DNA of 62,233 bases, counting the filler, from Candidatus Woesearchaeota archaeon (GTDB taxonomy: Archaea > Nanobdellota > Nanobdellia > Woesearchaeales > ARS49), in NCBI GenBank assembly GCA_016188265.1. It is 3 parts of 3 records of this genome, joined end to end, with 100 filler letters (N's around TTAATTAATTAA, not from the genome) between each part and the next. Parts side by side here need not be neighbours in the genome. Positions count along the whole stretch, not along the records: positions 1 to 29,440 come from JACPID010000004.1; 2 more parts are not named here. The stretch is one strand, 5' to 3'. Below are positions 17,845-28,684 of this stretch, piece after piece. The notes under the pieces were generated by a model, which was not told where the DNA came from, ran no database searches, and saw only the letters and a list, made by a program, of their open reading frames with translations. Each line of letters starts with the position of its first letter. Position 1 is the first letter of the stretch. A program made the position numbers and the translations under genes.

Positions 17845-18396
17845 TTATAAAATCTTGACTCCATCCTTTAGTATGTTTTCAATGATTTTATTTTTGCTTT
17901 TAAGATCTTCTGTTTTGAAATAATGTATTTGCAGTTCTTTGTTGAATTTTGTCTCTATTCTCTCTTCTTCTTTAATTAAATTGATGTTTTGCTGGGAGAA
18001 TATTGCTATGTCTATATCTGAGTGTTGTGATGCTGTTTTTTTAGCATGACTTCCAAAAAGATAAATAAAGTCAATATAATTGTTTTCTATTAAGTGCATG
18101 AATTCTATAATTATCATAAATAATTCGTATGAAGGTTGGTTTAGCCTAATTTTTTCTTGATTTATTAAATCCAGAATAATTTGTGTTTCTGGATTGTCAA
18201 AGTTTAGCTTGATTACTCTTTTTTCTCTGCGAATAATTTTATGAAATAATAATTTTCTTAATACCTTGTCAAGCGATAAGTTGTCTAGATTGGTTAGTTC
18301 TTTAATTTCTTTTCTCGTGTATCCAGAACCGCTTGAGTACGAAGCAAGTATTAGAAAATACCATGTTGTTTTGTTGTTTAATATAGAAGGTATCAT
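17845..18396 (-). CDS. wHTH plus minimal nucleotidyltransferase (MNT)
   Basis: LFGSHA...SDIDIAI; adjacent to HEPN gene. Confidence 0.85.
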   Translation of the reverse strand: MIPSILNNKTTWYFLILASYSSGSGYTRKEIKELTNLDNLSLDKVLRKLLFHKIIRREKRVIKLNFDNPETQIILDLINQEKIRLNQPSYELFMIIIEFMHLIENNYIDFIYLFGSHAKKTASQHSDIDIAIFSQQNINLIKEEERIETKFNKELQIHYFKTEDLKSKNKIIENILKDGVKIL

Positions 18397-18890
18397 TTTA
18401 GCAGTTTTTCCACGAGTTTTAGGTATGGTTTAATTAGTTTTTCTAGGAAGTATGATGCTTTTTGCATTGCTACTTCTGGCTTAATTGTTTCGTTAGTGTA
18501 GTATTGTGTTTTGGCTCTTTCTTTTTTGCCTTGTAAAAGAGTCAAGTGTAATAAGATTATTTCTGAGTATTCTTCTTCAGCACTTTCTATTAATTCTAGA
18601 ATGTCATTTCTTTTTACTAGTTCTCTTAATGCTTGAATTACTGCTGCATGAATTTCTGGATTTGAGAATTTCAAGTTGAATTTCTTGGTTAAGTATAGTT
18701 TGGAAATGTCATGCATTGCGTAATATGCTGCTATTATACTCCATCTTGGATGTTTTAATAGCAAGAATTCTGCTGTTTGGATGTTGTCTTGGTATGTGTA
18801 TTGCAGAAATTGTTCGTAATATGTTTTTTCCTGAGGAGTTAATTCTACAACACTTCCTTGACTTTTGTAATCAATTAATAATTTTACCAT
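18393..18890 (-). CDS. HEPN-domain protein
   Basis: WSIIAAYYAMH and ERAKTQYY pattern; 4-nt overlap with MNT. Confidence 0.8.
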   Translation of the reverse strand: MVKLLIDYKSQGSVVELTPQEKTYYEQFLQYTYQDNIQTAEFLLLKHPRWSIIAAYYAMHDISKLYLTKKFNLKFSNPEIHAAVIQALRELVKRNDILELIESAEEEYSEIILLHLTLLQGKKERAKTQYYTNETIKPEVAMQKASYFLEKLIKPYLKLVEKLLK

Positions 18891-19057
18891 TTTATTAGTC
18901 TTAAAGACATTCTTATTTAAATATTTTACTAATAATATAGTATTATTAATACTAATTTTTTAGTTCTATGTTAAGTTGAGTCCTATTTTCTGAATTTCTA
19001 ATCCTTTATTTTGCGCACAATTATACTAATTATTTCCGGATCTTTAAATTAGAAAAA

Positions 19058-19130
19058 AGCGGAGGAAGGGACTCGAACCCTTGATTAGTCGGGTTGCAGC
19101 CGACCGCCTTAGCCGCTTGGCCACCTCCGC
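19058..19130 (-). tRNA. tRNA-Cys(GCA)
   Basis: Acceptor GCGGAGG/CCTCCGC, GTCGG-CTGCAAC-CCGAC, TTCGAGT T-loop, U discriminator. Confidence 0.95.
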
Positions 19131-19218
19131 ATAAAGCAAGTTAAATCAAGAGAAGGTTTATAAAAATTTCTAGGATTAAAACACAACTTTTAAGAATGCA
19201 CAATTTAATTATTAAAAA

Positions 19219-20397
19219 ATGCAAGCAATTATTTTAGCAGCAGGACTTTCTACTAGAATGTATCCTTTAACACTCACTAAACCAAAACCTTTGCTTCCTG
19301 TAGCAAACAAGCCATTAATAGAGCATACTTTAAATAATTTAGAAGGAATAGTTGATGAAGCTATCATTGTTATTGGTTATCTTAGAGAGCAGATTAAAGA
19401 TCATTTGGGAGAATCATACAAAAATATCAAGCTTACTTATGTAGAACAAAAAGAACAAAAAGGCGCTGGCCACGCACTATGGTTAGCTAAAGAAAATATA
19501 AAAAACAAATTCATACTATTGCCTGCAGATGACTATTATTCACGCTTTGATTTAGAACAGTGTTTAGATTATCCTAGTGTTTTATTAGTAAGTGAATCTA
19601 AAAATCCAGAACGATTTGGTGTTGTAACTGCAAAACACGGTTTGCTAGAATATATTGAAGAAAAACCACAACAACCTAAATCATGCCAAGTTAGCACAAT
19701 GTGTTTTGTACTGCCTGAAAAATTTATTAATTATCTCGCACAACATCATGACTTGACAATTGCAGTAAATAATTATACTAAAGAACAAGGCCTTGCAATT
19801 TGTGATGCGCGCGATAAATGGATGCCTTTAGCTTATCCTTGGGACTTATTAACTGCAAATGAATTCTTGCTTTCTAAACTGCCTCAAACAGAATTTGTTG
19901 AAGTTCAAAAACAATTAAGAGGCCCATGCTATATTCAAGATAATTCAAAAATCAAAATTGGCAAAGGAACAATAATCAAAAAATCAAGTATTGAAGGAAA
20001 TGTAGTAATTGGAGATAATTGCATAATAGGCCCTGATGCTTACATACGAGGAGCAACAAGCATTGGAAATAACTGTATTATTGGCCATTCAACAGAAGTA
20101 AAGAATAGCATTATAATGAACAATTCAAGCGCTGCGCATAAATCAGGAATTCTTGATTCTATAATTGGAGAATGCTGTAATCTCGGAGCTGGAACTGAGT
20201 GTGCAAATGCAAGGCATGATGGAGAGGTTATTAGAATAAAACAAGAAGAACTTATTTCAACAGAACGAAAAAAATTTGGGTTTATAATGGGAGATAATGT
20301 TAAAACTGGAGTAGGAACTTTAATAGCTCCTGGAAGAACGTTTTGGCCAAATACAAAAACAGAAATGGGTTGGGTTATTAAGAAAAATAAAAAATGA
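19219..20397 (+). CDS. Bifunctional sugar-1-phosphate nucleotidylyltransferase/acetyltransferase (GlmU-like)
   Basis: ILAAGLSTRMYPLT..KPKPL N-terminus plus hexapeptide left-handed beta-helix. Confidence 0.9.
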   Translation: MQAIILAAGLSTRMYPLTLTKPKPLLPVANKPLIEHTLNNLEGIVDEAIIVIGYLREQIKDHLGESYKNIKLTYVEQKEQKGAGHALWLAKENIKNKFILLPADDYYSRFDLEQCLDYPSVLLVSESKNPERFGVVTAKHGLLEYIEEKPQQPKSCQVSTMCFVLPEKFINYLAQHHDLTIAVNNYTKEQGLAICDARDKWMPLAYPWDLLTANEFLLSKLPQTEFVEVQKQLRGPCYIQDNSKIKIGKGTIIKKSSIEGNVVIGDNCIIGPDAYIRGATSIGNNCIIGHSTEVKNSIIMNNSSAAHKSGILDSIIGECCNLGAGTECANARHDGEVIRIKQEELISTERKKFGFIMGDNVKTGVGTLIAPGRTFWPNTKTEMGWVIKKNKK

Positions 20398-21413
20398 TGC
20401 ATCCTTTGCTTCAAAAGGTTAAAGAACACCTTGATAGTGTTAAAAGACCTTTTTATTTTTTTCACGATGATCCTGATGGTCTTTCTAGTTTTCTTCTTTT
20501 TTATCGTTATATTAAAGAAGGCAAAGGATATCCTTTGAAGGCAGTTCCTCATCTTAAGCTAAATAATGTTAAAAATGTGAAAGATTATGATGCTGATCAT
20601 GTTTTTATTCTTGATATTGCTATGGCTGATCAAGAATTTATTGATGCATTAAAAATTCCTGTTACTTGGATTGATCATCACCCCCCTCAACAACCAGAAA
20701 GAGCTTTATATTTTAATTCTAGAATTGAATATAACAAAAATATTCCTACACCTGCATTATGTTATGAAGTAGTACAGCAGGATCTTTGGATTGCTACTGT
20801 TGGTTCTATTGGTGACTGGTACATGCCTCCATTTGCTGAAGAATTTTCAAAAAAATATCCCGAACTTCTTCCTAAAGTTATGCCTGTTGAAGAAGCATTG
20901 TACAAAACTCCTGTTGGCACTTTAGTTAAAGTTTTTTCTTTTAATCTTAAAGGTTCTACAAGTGAAGTGAATACATCAATTAAAATACTTACTAGAATTG
21001 AGTCGCCTTATGAAATTCTTCAGCAATCAAGTTCTGCTGGAAGATTATTATGGAATAAATATCTTAAAGTTGCTGACGAGTATAATAAGCTTTTAGAAAA
21101 GGCTCTGGCAAATGTTAAAAAAAATAAACTTATTATTTTTACTTATGAAGAAGACAAGCTTAGTTTGACAAAGGATTTGGCAAATGAGCTTATTGCACGA
21201 CATCCTGATAAAGTAATTATTCTTGGAAGAAGAAAAAACGGAGAGTACAGGTGCAGTTTAAGATCTGGGGAAAAAGTACGTTTAGATATTGCGCTTCAAA
21301 AATCATTAATAGGCATTGAAGGCTATGGAGGAGGCCATGAACAAGCTTGCGGCGCTGCTATTAAAGAAAAAGATTTTGAACAATTTATAGATAATTTGAA
21401 AAAAAATATTTAA
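20394..21413 (+). CDS. DHH/DHHA1 phosphoesterase (RecJ/NrnA-like)
   Basis: HDDPDG, ILD, IDHH and SLR...GGGHEQACG motifs. Confidence 0.9.
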   Translation: MMHPLLQKVKEHLDSVKRPFYFFHDDPDGLSSFLLFYRYIKEGKGYPLKAVPHLKLNNVKNVKDYDADHVFILDIAMADQEFIDALKIPVTWIDHHPPQQPERALYFNSRIEYNKNIPTPALCYEVVQQDLWIATVGSIGDWYMPPFAEEFSKKYPELLPKVMPVEEALYKTPVGTLVKVFSFNLKGSTSEVNTSIKILTRIESPYEILQQSSSAGRLLWNKYLKVADEYNKLLEKALANVKKNKLIIFTYEEDKLSLTKDLANELIARHPDKVIILGRRKNGEYRCSLRSGEKVRLDIALQKSLIGIEGYGGGHEQACGAAIKEKDFEQFIDNLKKNI

Positions 21414-21459
21414 TCAGTACGATAATTTTAAAAATACTTATCTTTTCTAATTCAACAAT

Positions 21460-21547
21460 GCGTCGGTGGTCTAATGGCTATGACTGCGGCCTTCCATAAA
21501 TTTTGTGACGAAAGCCGCGTGTCCGGGTTCGAATCCCGGCCGACGCA
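21460..21547 (+). tRNA. tRNA-Gly(TCC) with 16-nt anticodon-loop intron (about 21497-21512)
   Basis: Acceptor GCGTCGG/CCGACGC; GCGGC-CTTCCA[intron]A-GCCGC; TTCGAAT T-loop. Confidence 0.92.
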
Positions 21548-21607
21548 TAAACTTTTAAAAAAAGTTTAATCAAATTGTGCGACATTCGCTTCGCTCAGTC
21601 CCACAAA
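21545..21607 (+). repeat. Dispersed hairpin repeat family A, copy 2
   Basis: Matches the reverse complement of 112-173; starts at the tRNA-Gly 3' end. Confidence 0.8.
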
Positions 21608-21706
21608 TAATAATTACTGGCGCTCTTAGCTTAAAATATTAGGTTTATGCAATTTTTTATTTATCGTCAATAAATTTTTGTTGATTCATAAATCCTTCCA
21701 TTGTTT

Positions 21707-21744
21707 CAGTATTTCCGTGTGAACGAAGTGAACTCGAAAATACT
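21707..21744 (+). repeat. Dispersed hairpin repeat family C, copy 1
   Basis: CAGTATTTCCGTGT-GAACGAAGTG-AACTCGAAAATACT; similar to 28685-28723. Confidence 0.65.
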
Positions 21745-21800
21745 AAGGTAGGAGATAAATTTTTAAATTAGATTTGATTTTTAATCTTAAAAGAGGACTT

Positions 21801-23036
21801 ATGAAAAAGATAATATTATTAATTGTATTTTTATTTACTATTCCTTTTGTTTTTGGAGCTTTTAATATTCCAAGCGATTTTTTGATATCAAAAGATGCTT
21901 CCTCTATTTCTAAAAAAATCACTCAAACACCTTTAGAGCCTAAATCTACAATAATTCCAAAACCAAATACAATAAATCCTTCACTAAAAAAACCACTTCA
22001 ATCAATAATTAATACAAAAACAAAACTATCTAAAAACCAGCTATTAAAAACAAGACAAAGTCTACCAACAAAGCCAACTTCAGTTGATTGTTATGAATTT
22101 GAGCCAAAAAAGATTGATTTTCCAAAAAAAACATATGAAAACTTAAAAGATTGTGAATTATTAGAACAAAGAAAAATAGCAGATAATTATATACAAAAAA
22201 TCAGAGAAACTGCAAGAAAGTGTTTTGAACAAGCTAGAGATGATTTATCTTTATTTGATCAAAAGCTTAAAAAACTTATTCAAGAGGTTAATAATGTTAA
22301 TGAGATAGAAGGTAGAGGTATAACTGAAACAACCAGTTCATTAATGCAAGAATCATTAGATATTGATTATAATTATAATAAATTGAATGATATTAATAAA
22401 AATGGTTCATATAAAATAAGAGAAGCTCTTGATGCTCTTACAAGACAAGTGGAAGGAATATGTCAGCTTTCAGGCAATATTAATAATAATGTTTTTAGAC
22501 TCTGCCAAGATATAAATCAACGTATAACTACTGGCACTGATAAACATGAGCCAGGGCTAACAAAAGCAGAAAAAGAAGGATTTGTTAAGGCTCTTCAAGG
22601 TCAGAAAAGGTTGGCTGATAAAAACTTTAATTCTGCAAGAAGCAATTATAAAATAGTTGATAAAAAAGAAACGCTTGAAGATATTATTTTTGTTAAAGGA
22701 GTAGAAAACACTTGCAAAAAAGGGTACTCAAGTGATTTACTTGACAATTTTACAGAATCAGAAAAAAAGAAAAAAGGATTGGTCTCTCCAGTGAGGGAAG
22801 GCATTATTAAAGAATCGTTAGTTAAAAATAAAGGCAGAACTATGTCTAGAGAAGAGTTAAAACAAGAAGTTAGAGAGACAAGAGCTCAACAACAACTGGT
22901 TAGAGATAGACGTCAACAGACCTTGTCTTATTTTCAGACTTTGGATCAAAGATCCAATCAGCAGTATAATATGTTATCATCTATTTTAAGAATCATGCAA
23001 ACGTCACAAAATGCTACTCGACGTGGAATCATTTAG
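21801..23036 (+). CDS. Secreted, largely helical hypothetical protein
   Basis: GAGGA RBS then signal peptide MKKIILLIVFLFTIPFVFG; Pro/Lys linker; Cys-containing helical core. Confidence 0.7.
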   Translation: MKKIILLIVFLFTIPFVFGAFNIPSDFLISKDASSISKKITQTPLEPKSTIIPKPNTINPSLKKPLQSIINTKTKLSKNQLLKTRQSLPTKPTSVDCYEFEPKKIDFPKKTYENLKDCELLEQRKIADNYIQKIRETARKCFEQARDDLSLFDQKLKKLIQEVNNVNEIEGRGITETTSSLMQESLDIDYNYNKLNDINKNGSYKIREALDALTRQVEGICQLSGNINNNVFRLCQDINQRITTGTDKHEPGLTKAEKEGFVKALQGQKRLADKNFNSARSNYKIVDKKETLEDIIFVKGVENTCKKGYSSDLLDNFTESEKKKKGLVSPVREGIIKESLVKNKGRTMSREELKQEVRETRAQQQLVRDRRQQTLSYFQTLDQRSNQQYNMLSSILRIMQTSQNATRRGII

Positions 23037-23391
23037 AAAAATTATAATAAGTTTGTCAATAATTTGTTCTTGAAATCTTTTTTCGTCTTTTGAATAATCA
23101 TCAAGGCGTAATACTTTACCTTTCTGAAGTTGTTTGATGTTTTTTTTGATTTGATCAGTTTTTTCGCCTGAAATATTACGGAATTTTCGTGCAAAGGTTT
23201 ACTAAGAATATATATCAATAATAAATCATGCAAAAAAATATTTCAGAAAATAAATATTCTAAATGGCAAATAATATTTTACGTAGCTTAGACTATACTCT
23301 CGATATGGCTTATACTGAAAGTAATCGGAGTAATATAAGCGAATTTGATTTTGCGCAAATATTTTTAAACATTATCTGATTATTATTCTTT

Positions 23392-24042
23392 ATGCCAGAA
23401 ACTATTCTCGCTTTAGGAGCTCATAATGACGACCATTTAATTTGTGCAGGAGGAACTCTTGCAAAATATGCTAAGGAAGGAAAAAATGTTAAATCTATTA
23501 TTTTTTCTTTTGGTGAAAAAAGCCATCCGCATTTAAAACCTGAGATTATTCAAGAGCAAAGAATTGAGGAAGCTGTTGAAGCTGATAAAATACTTGGAAT
23601 TAAAGGAACTGCTTTTTATGGGCTTTGTGAAGGAAGATTTCCTGAAGAATTCAAAGAAAAAAATATTAAGCAAAAATTGAGAAATATTTTACATAAAGAA
23701 AAACCTGTTAAAATATTTACGCATAGTGATGATGATATTCACCCAGATCATCGTGCAGTTTCAAAACTTGTTTTGGAACTTGTGCGAGAATCAGGATTAA
23801 ATTGTAATGTTTATTCTTTTGATGTTTGGAATGTTGTTAAGCTTAAACAGAGAAATCTTCCTAAACTAGTTGTTGATGTTACTCAAACTTTTGGTTTGAA
23901 AACAAAAGCATTTAAAGCTCATAAAAGCCAGTATAATCTTCCTGCAGTTATTGCATTAAGATGGAAGATGCATGTTCAAGCTATTATCCATGGATGGAAT
24001 AATCATTGTAAATATGCTGAGGTATTTTATAAATTAAACTAA
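23392..24042 (+). CDS. PIG-L/LmbE-family deacetylase
   Basis: AHNDD, HPDH and KAFKAHKSQ motifs. Confidence 0.9.
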   Translation: MPETILALGAHNDDHLICAGGTLAKYAKEGKNVKSIIFSFGEKSHPHLKPEIIQEQRIEEAVEADKILGIKGTAFYGLCEGRFPEEFKEKNIKQKLRNILHKEKPVKIFTHSDDDIHPDHRAVSKLVLELVRESGLNCNVYSFDVWNVVKLKQRNLPKLVVDVTQTFGLKTKAFKAHKSQYNLPAVIALRWKMHVQAIIHGWNNHCKYAEVFYKLN

Positions 24043-25154
24043 TGAAAAAAATATTAATAACCACAGATAGTTTTCTACCTAGATTAGATGGTGTTTCACG
24101 TTTTCTATCAGAACTTATACCTGATCTTTCTAAAAAATATAAAGTAACAATTATTGCTCCTGAATTTGAAGGTGAAAATCCAGTATTTCAAGGAACTTCT
24201 ATTATTCGCATTCCATTATTGCAAATGCGCTTTGGCGATATATATTTTTCAAAATTCAGCAAAACAGAAATTAAAAAACTTGTTAAAGAAAATGATGTTA
24301 TTTTTAATAACACTATTGGGCCTATTGGAATAACTGCAATTCGCGAGGCTTACAAACTAAAAAAACCAGTTATTAGTTATGTTCATAGTGTTGAGTGGGA
24401 TCTTGCTGCTGAAGGAGTTAAGCATTTTCATGGTTTTGTAAGATCTGCAGTAAAATGCCTTGCAAAATATTTATACAATAAATGCGCTCTAATTATGGTT
24501 CCTTCAAAAGAAATGGAAGATTTATTAACCAGACAAAAAATTAAAACAAAAAAAAAAGTTATTACCTTAGGAATTAATACTGAATTGTTTGTTCCTGCTG
24601 AAAGCAAAGACCGTGCTAAAGCCAGTGTTAATATAAACCCTAAAATGTTTATCATAGGCTTTTGCGGTCGTTTAAGTCGTGAAAAAGATCTTCTTACTTT
24701 ATTTAAAGCTTTTGATTTTGTTCAAAATAAACATCAAAATACTAGATTGTTAATTGTTGGTGAAGGCATTGAATTAGATTTTATGAAAGACCCCGGAGTA
24801 ATTAATGTTGGCTCTAAAAAAAATGTAATTCCTTTTTTTCAAGCTATGGATATTTATGTTATACCTTCATTAACTGAAACCAGTAGTTTAAGTACAATGG
24901 AAGCAATGAGTTGCGGTGTTCCTGTTATTGCAACACCTGTTGGCAGTATTAAAGAATATGTAATTGATGAAGAAACAGGCCTTTTATTTCCTAGAGGAGA
25001 TATTAGTGCACTACAGGAAAAAATCGAAACTTTATTTCATGATTCAACACTTTTAAAATCATTAAGTATTGCTGGAAGAGAAATAATAATTAAAAAAAGG
25101 CAGTGGAATAAGACTCTGGCTCAAATTTTGAAAACAATTGAATCATATCTTTAA
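24042..25154 (+). CDS. Glycosyltransferase family 4
   Basis: TDSFLPRLDGV, GRLSREK and PSLTETSSLSTMEAMSCG motifs. Confidence 0.92.
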   Translation: MKKILITTDSFLPRLDGVSRFLSELIPDLSKKYKVTIIAPEFEGENPVFQGTSIIRIPLLQMRFGDIYFSKFSKTEIKKLVKENDVIFNNTIGPIGITAIREAYKLKKPVISYVHSVEWDLAAEGVKHFHGFVRSAVKCLAKYLYNKCALIMVPSKEMEDLLTRQKIKTKKKVITLGINTELFVPAESKDRAKASVNINPKMFIIGFCGRLSREKDLLTLFKAFDFVQNKHQNTRLLIVGEGIELDFMKDPGVINVGSKKNVIPFFQAMDIYVIPSLTETSSLSTMEAMSCGVPVIATPVGSIKEYVIDEETGLLFPRGDISALQEKIETLFHDSTLLKSLSIAGREIIIKKRQWNKTLAQILKTIESYL

Positions 25155-28100
25155 GCTAACTATGCTGCTAGCACCTTCACCAGATTTCATGCTTACTCCA
25201 TAAAGAATATCTGCTTCTGAAATAACATTATCATTGTGGCTTATAACAACATACTGGGCTTTGTCACAATATTTTCTTATTAATCTTGCAAGCAAGCTGC
25301 TGTTTTGCTTGTCAAGAGCAGCGTCAACTTCGTCAAGAATATAAAAGCTTGCTGGTTCATGTTCTTGTATAGCAAATAAAAATGCAAGCGCGGTCATTGT
25401 TTTTTCTCCGCCGCTTAAGCTTCTAATATCTAAAAATTTATCTCCTGTTAATCTGACTTTTATGCGCAATCCTTCTTCAAATATTTTTTCCTGATTTTCT
25501 AATTCAAGATAACTCTCTCCTTTAGTTGATAATTGCAAGAAAATATCTTGAAAATTTTTATTAATAACTTCAAATGTTTTCATAAATATTTCTTTTTTAT
25601 TTACTTCTATTTCCTGCATAAAATTAAGCACTTGTTCTTTTTCAGTATGCAGACTTTCTTTTTTTTGGAGTAAATTAGTATATTCCTGCTCAACTGTTTC
25701 GTAAATTTCAAGAGCTCTCATGTTCACATTTCCAATTGAGGATATTGAACGTTCCATATTTTGTATTGATTTTTTTAATTCTTCAATTGATTTGTTTTCA
25801 ACTAGCTGCACCCCTTCATAATTCGAGAGTTCTGCTTCTAGTCCGGATATTTCTGATTTTATTCTTGCATTTTCTATTGAAAATGACTGCAGTGCAAGCT
25901 CTTCTTTTCTTGATTTTTCCTCAAAACTAAGAACATTATTTTCTATTGAATTTATTTCATCCTGTAATTTATTGCGCACATCAAACAATCCTTTGTATTG
26001 AGAAAAAAACATAGTCTGGTCTTTTTCTTTTATTTTAAGCAGTTCTACGTTTTCATTTATTTTTTTTGCAAGTTCTTCTTTTTGTTTACTGAAGTAGTCT
26101 CTTTCTTTTTCAATATCTTTGTATAATCTTTCCGTATTTTGTTTTTCTTTTTCAAAAATTTCTTTTTCTTGCAGTGTGAAACTATTTTGTTCAGCTTCTA
26201 GTTTAATTAAATCTTCTTGAAGCTTTTTTCTTTTTCCTTCAAAGGCATTTAATTCTGCAATAACTGTTGGTTTTCTTATTTCAAAAATCTGGCTTCTTAA
26301 CTTCTCTTTTTTTATTTTAAGTTCTGTCAAGTCTTTAACAACACTGCTTATTTTGACTGCCTCTAAGCTAAGTTCTTCATCAAATTTTTTAATATTTTTT
26401 ATAAGATCTTCTTTATATTGTTGATCTGCCTCAAGATCTTCAGTATGCAGATGCAATGCCTTTTCTTTTTTGATAACTTCTCCTTCGAGAATTGCTTTTT
26501 GTTCTCGCAACTTAATTATTTTTTCATCATTTTCTTTGCGTGTGATTTCAAGATCCTCAATTGTTTTTCCAAGATTTTCTACTTCTTCTTTTGCTGTTTC
26601 AAGAATTCTGCCAATATCCTTTTCTTTAAAACTACCTGATTTCTGGTGCCTATATCCTCCGATCATAACTCCTGATAATTCAGCTATATCACCTTCCAGA
26701 CTAACCATTTTGGCTTTTCCAATGCCTAATTTTCTTGCAGTTTCAATGTCGCCTACAACAAGCGTGTTTCCAAAAACATAACTAAATATATCTTTAAACT
26801 TATTATCAAATTTAATTAAGTCTATTGCCAAACCATAAACTCCTCGTTTTTTGGCTAATTCTTTTATTTCAGGCTTTACAGGATAAGGTTTGATTTTATT
26901 TAAAGGCAAAAAAGCAGCTATTCCCAATTTGTTACTTTTTAAGAATTTTATTCCATTAACTGCAGTTTTATCATCCTCTACAACTATGCTTTGAATTTTT
27001 TGAGCAGCTGCAATTTCTAAAGCAAGAGCATATTTTTTTTCAACTTCACCAAGCTCTGATACTGTTCCATATATTAGTCCAAGTCTTTTCTTGTTTTCCA
27101 GCACTTTTTTAACCGCAATGTTTCCAGCAATTGCTTCTTGAACATGAGTGTGCCTTACTTCTAAACGTGATAATTCTTGTTGTTTATCAAGACATTTTTC
27201 TCTTGCAATTGCCAATGATCTTGCATCTTCACTATCTTGATTTAATAATTTATTCAGCTCAAGAACTATATTTTTAAATTCAACTTTTTGTTTTTTTAAA
27301 TCATCTAATTCTTGTTTGTGTTCTTTTTCCAATACTCTTAATTTTGCTATCTTTTGATCAATTACACTAAGTTGAAATTCACACTTATCTTTTTCTCTTA
27401 ATAAATTCTGTTGATTTTCACGCAATTCTTGAATCTTTTTTTGAAGCTCTTCTGATTCAAGATCTATCCTTGATATTTCTTCCTCAATGCTGTGGCTTTC
27501 ATCAAGTTTATGCTTTTTTTTGAAATCAGCCAAACCTTTTTCTAAAACCCCTGAATCTTTTTTAACTGCTTTTTTTGTTTCTTCAACTGCTTTTTTCTGA
27601 GCAAGCAATTCATTATATTTCTGTTCAAGATCTTTTGTATTAAGATCAAGCTGTTGCTTTCTCTGATCAAGTTTTGAAAGCTCATCCAATGAATTTTTTT
27701 TATTTGTTTGTGCTGTTGCAATATCAACGCGTAATTGCTCAATTTCTTTTTGAAGCTTGATCTGCTCAACTTCCCCTTTTTGTTCAATTTCTTCATTTAT
27801 TTTTTTAATAGACTCTTTGCGTTCTTTAATTTCATCCCTTATCTTTTGTATGGCATTGTTTATTTTTTCAAGTTGTTCTTGATGGCTTTGTTTTTTTTCT
27901 TCAAAGCTTTTGTGTTCTTTTTGCTTTGCACTTAATTGTTTTTCAATGTGTGTTGCTTTGTATGATTTTATTTTATCATTGATTTCTTTATATTTAAGCG
28001 CTTGATCGCGATCTTTTCTAAGATCTTTGAGATAAGTTTCTCTTTCTTTAAGAACAATTTCAGCTTCGCCAAGTTTTTCCTCAACTTTTTGCAGTTCATT

Positions 28101-28637
28101 AAGAGCTTTTTGTTTTTTTTCTTCATAAACAGAAATGCCTGCAATTTCTTCAATTATTTGCCTGCGTTCTATCGGAGACATTTCTACAAGATTCACGATA
28201 TCTCCTTGTAGAATAATATTATAACCATCAGGATCAATTTTTGCCACACTTAACATTTCAATAACTTCTTGTCTTGTTCTTGTTTTTCCATTGATCAAAT
28301 ACTTACTAACACCGTCATGCCTTACTAATCTTGTAAGCTTAAGTTCATCATCTTCAATTGGAAATGTTTTATTTGAATTATCAAAATAAATGCTAACTTC
28401 AGCTTGTTTTGCGGGCTTTTTTGTTTTGCCTCCATTATAAATTAAATTAGCGCTTTTTTCAGCTCTTAATGACTTAGAAGAAGATTTTCCCAGAACAAAA
28501 CAAAGTCCGTCGAGAATGTTTGATTTGCCACTGCCGTTTGGGCCTATAACTGTAGAAAACGGCTTATCAAATCGCAATTCAGTGAACTTCCCAAAAGATT
28601 TAAAACCATCTAAAACTAAACGATTAATACGTGTCAT
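25143..28637 (-). CDS. smc: Chromosome segregation protein SMC
   Basis: GFKSF, GPNGSGKSN, hinge with GG motif, LSGGEK, LDEVDAALD, long coiled coils. Confidence 0.97.
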   Translation of the reverse strand: MTRINRLVLDGFKSFGKFTELRFDKPFSTVIGPNGSGKSNILDGLCFVLGKSSSKSLRAEKSANLIYNGGKTKKPAKQAEVSIYFDNSNKTFPIEDDELKLTRLVRHDGVSKYLINGKTRTRQEVIEMLSVAKIDPDGYNIILQGDIVNLVEMSPIERRQIIEEIAGISVYEEKKQKALNELQKVEEKLGEAEIVLKERETYLKDLRKDRDQALKYKEINDKIKSYKATHIEKQLSAKQKEHKSFEEKKQSHQEQLEKINNAIQKIRDEIKERKESIKKINEEIEQKGEVEQIKLQKEIEQLRVDIATAQTNKKNSLDELSKLDQRKQQLDLNTKDLEQKYNELLAQKKAVEETKKAVKKDSGVLEKGLADFKKKHKLDESHSIEEEISRIDLESEELQKKIQELRENQQNLLREKDKCEFQLSVIDQKIAKLRVLEKEHKQELDDLKKQKVEFKNIVLELNKLLNQDSEDARSLAIAREKCLDKQQELSRLEVRHTHVQEAIAGNIAVKKVLENKKRLGLIYGTVSELGEVEKKYALALEIAAAQKIQSIVVEDDKTAVNGIKFLKSNKLGIAAFLPLNKIKPYPVKPEIKELAKKRGVYGLAIDLIKFDNKFKDIFSYVFGNTLVVGDIETARKLGIGKAKMVSLEGDIAELSGVMIGGYRHQKSGSFKEKDIGRILETAKEEVENLGKTIEDLEITRKENDEKIIKLREQKAILEGEVIKKEKALHLHTEDLEADQQYKEDLIKNIKKFDEELSLEAVKISSVVKDLTELKIKKEKLRSQIFEIRKPTVIAELNAFEGKRKKLQEDLIKLEAEQNSFTLQEKEIFEKEKQNTERLYKDIEKERDYFSKQKEELAKKINENVELLKIKEKDQTMFFSQYKGLFDVRNKLQDEINSIENNVLSFEEKSRKEELALQSFSIENARIKSEISGLEAELSNYEGVQLVENKSIEELKKSIQNMERSISSIGNVNMRALEIYETVEQEYTNLLQKKESLHTEKEQVLNFMQEIEVNKKEIFMKTFEVINKNFQDIFLQLSTKGESYLELENQEKIFEEGLRIKVRLTGDKFLDIRSLSGGEKTMTALAFLFAIQEHEPASFYILDEVDAALDKQNSSLLARLIRKYCDKAQYVVISHNDNVISEADILYGVSMKSGEGASSIVSLKI

Positions 28638-28684
28638 AACAGTATGATGATCTTATCAATAGTATATAAAGTTGACGGCAATAA

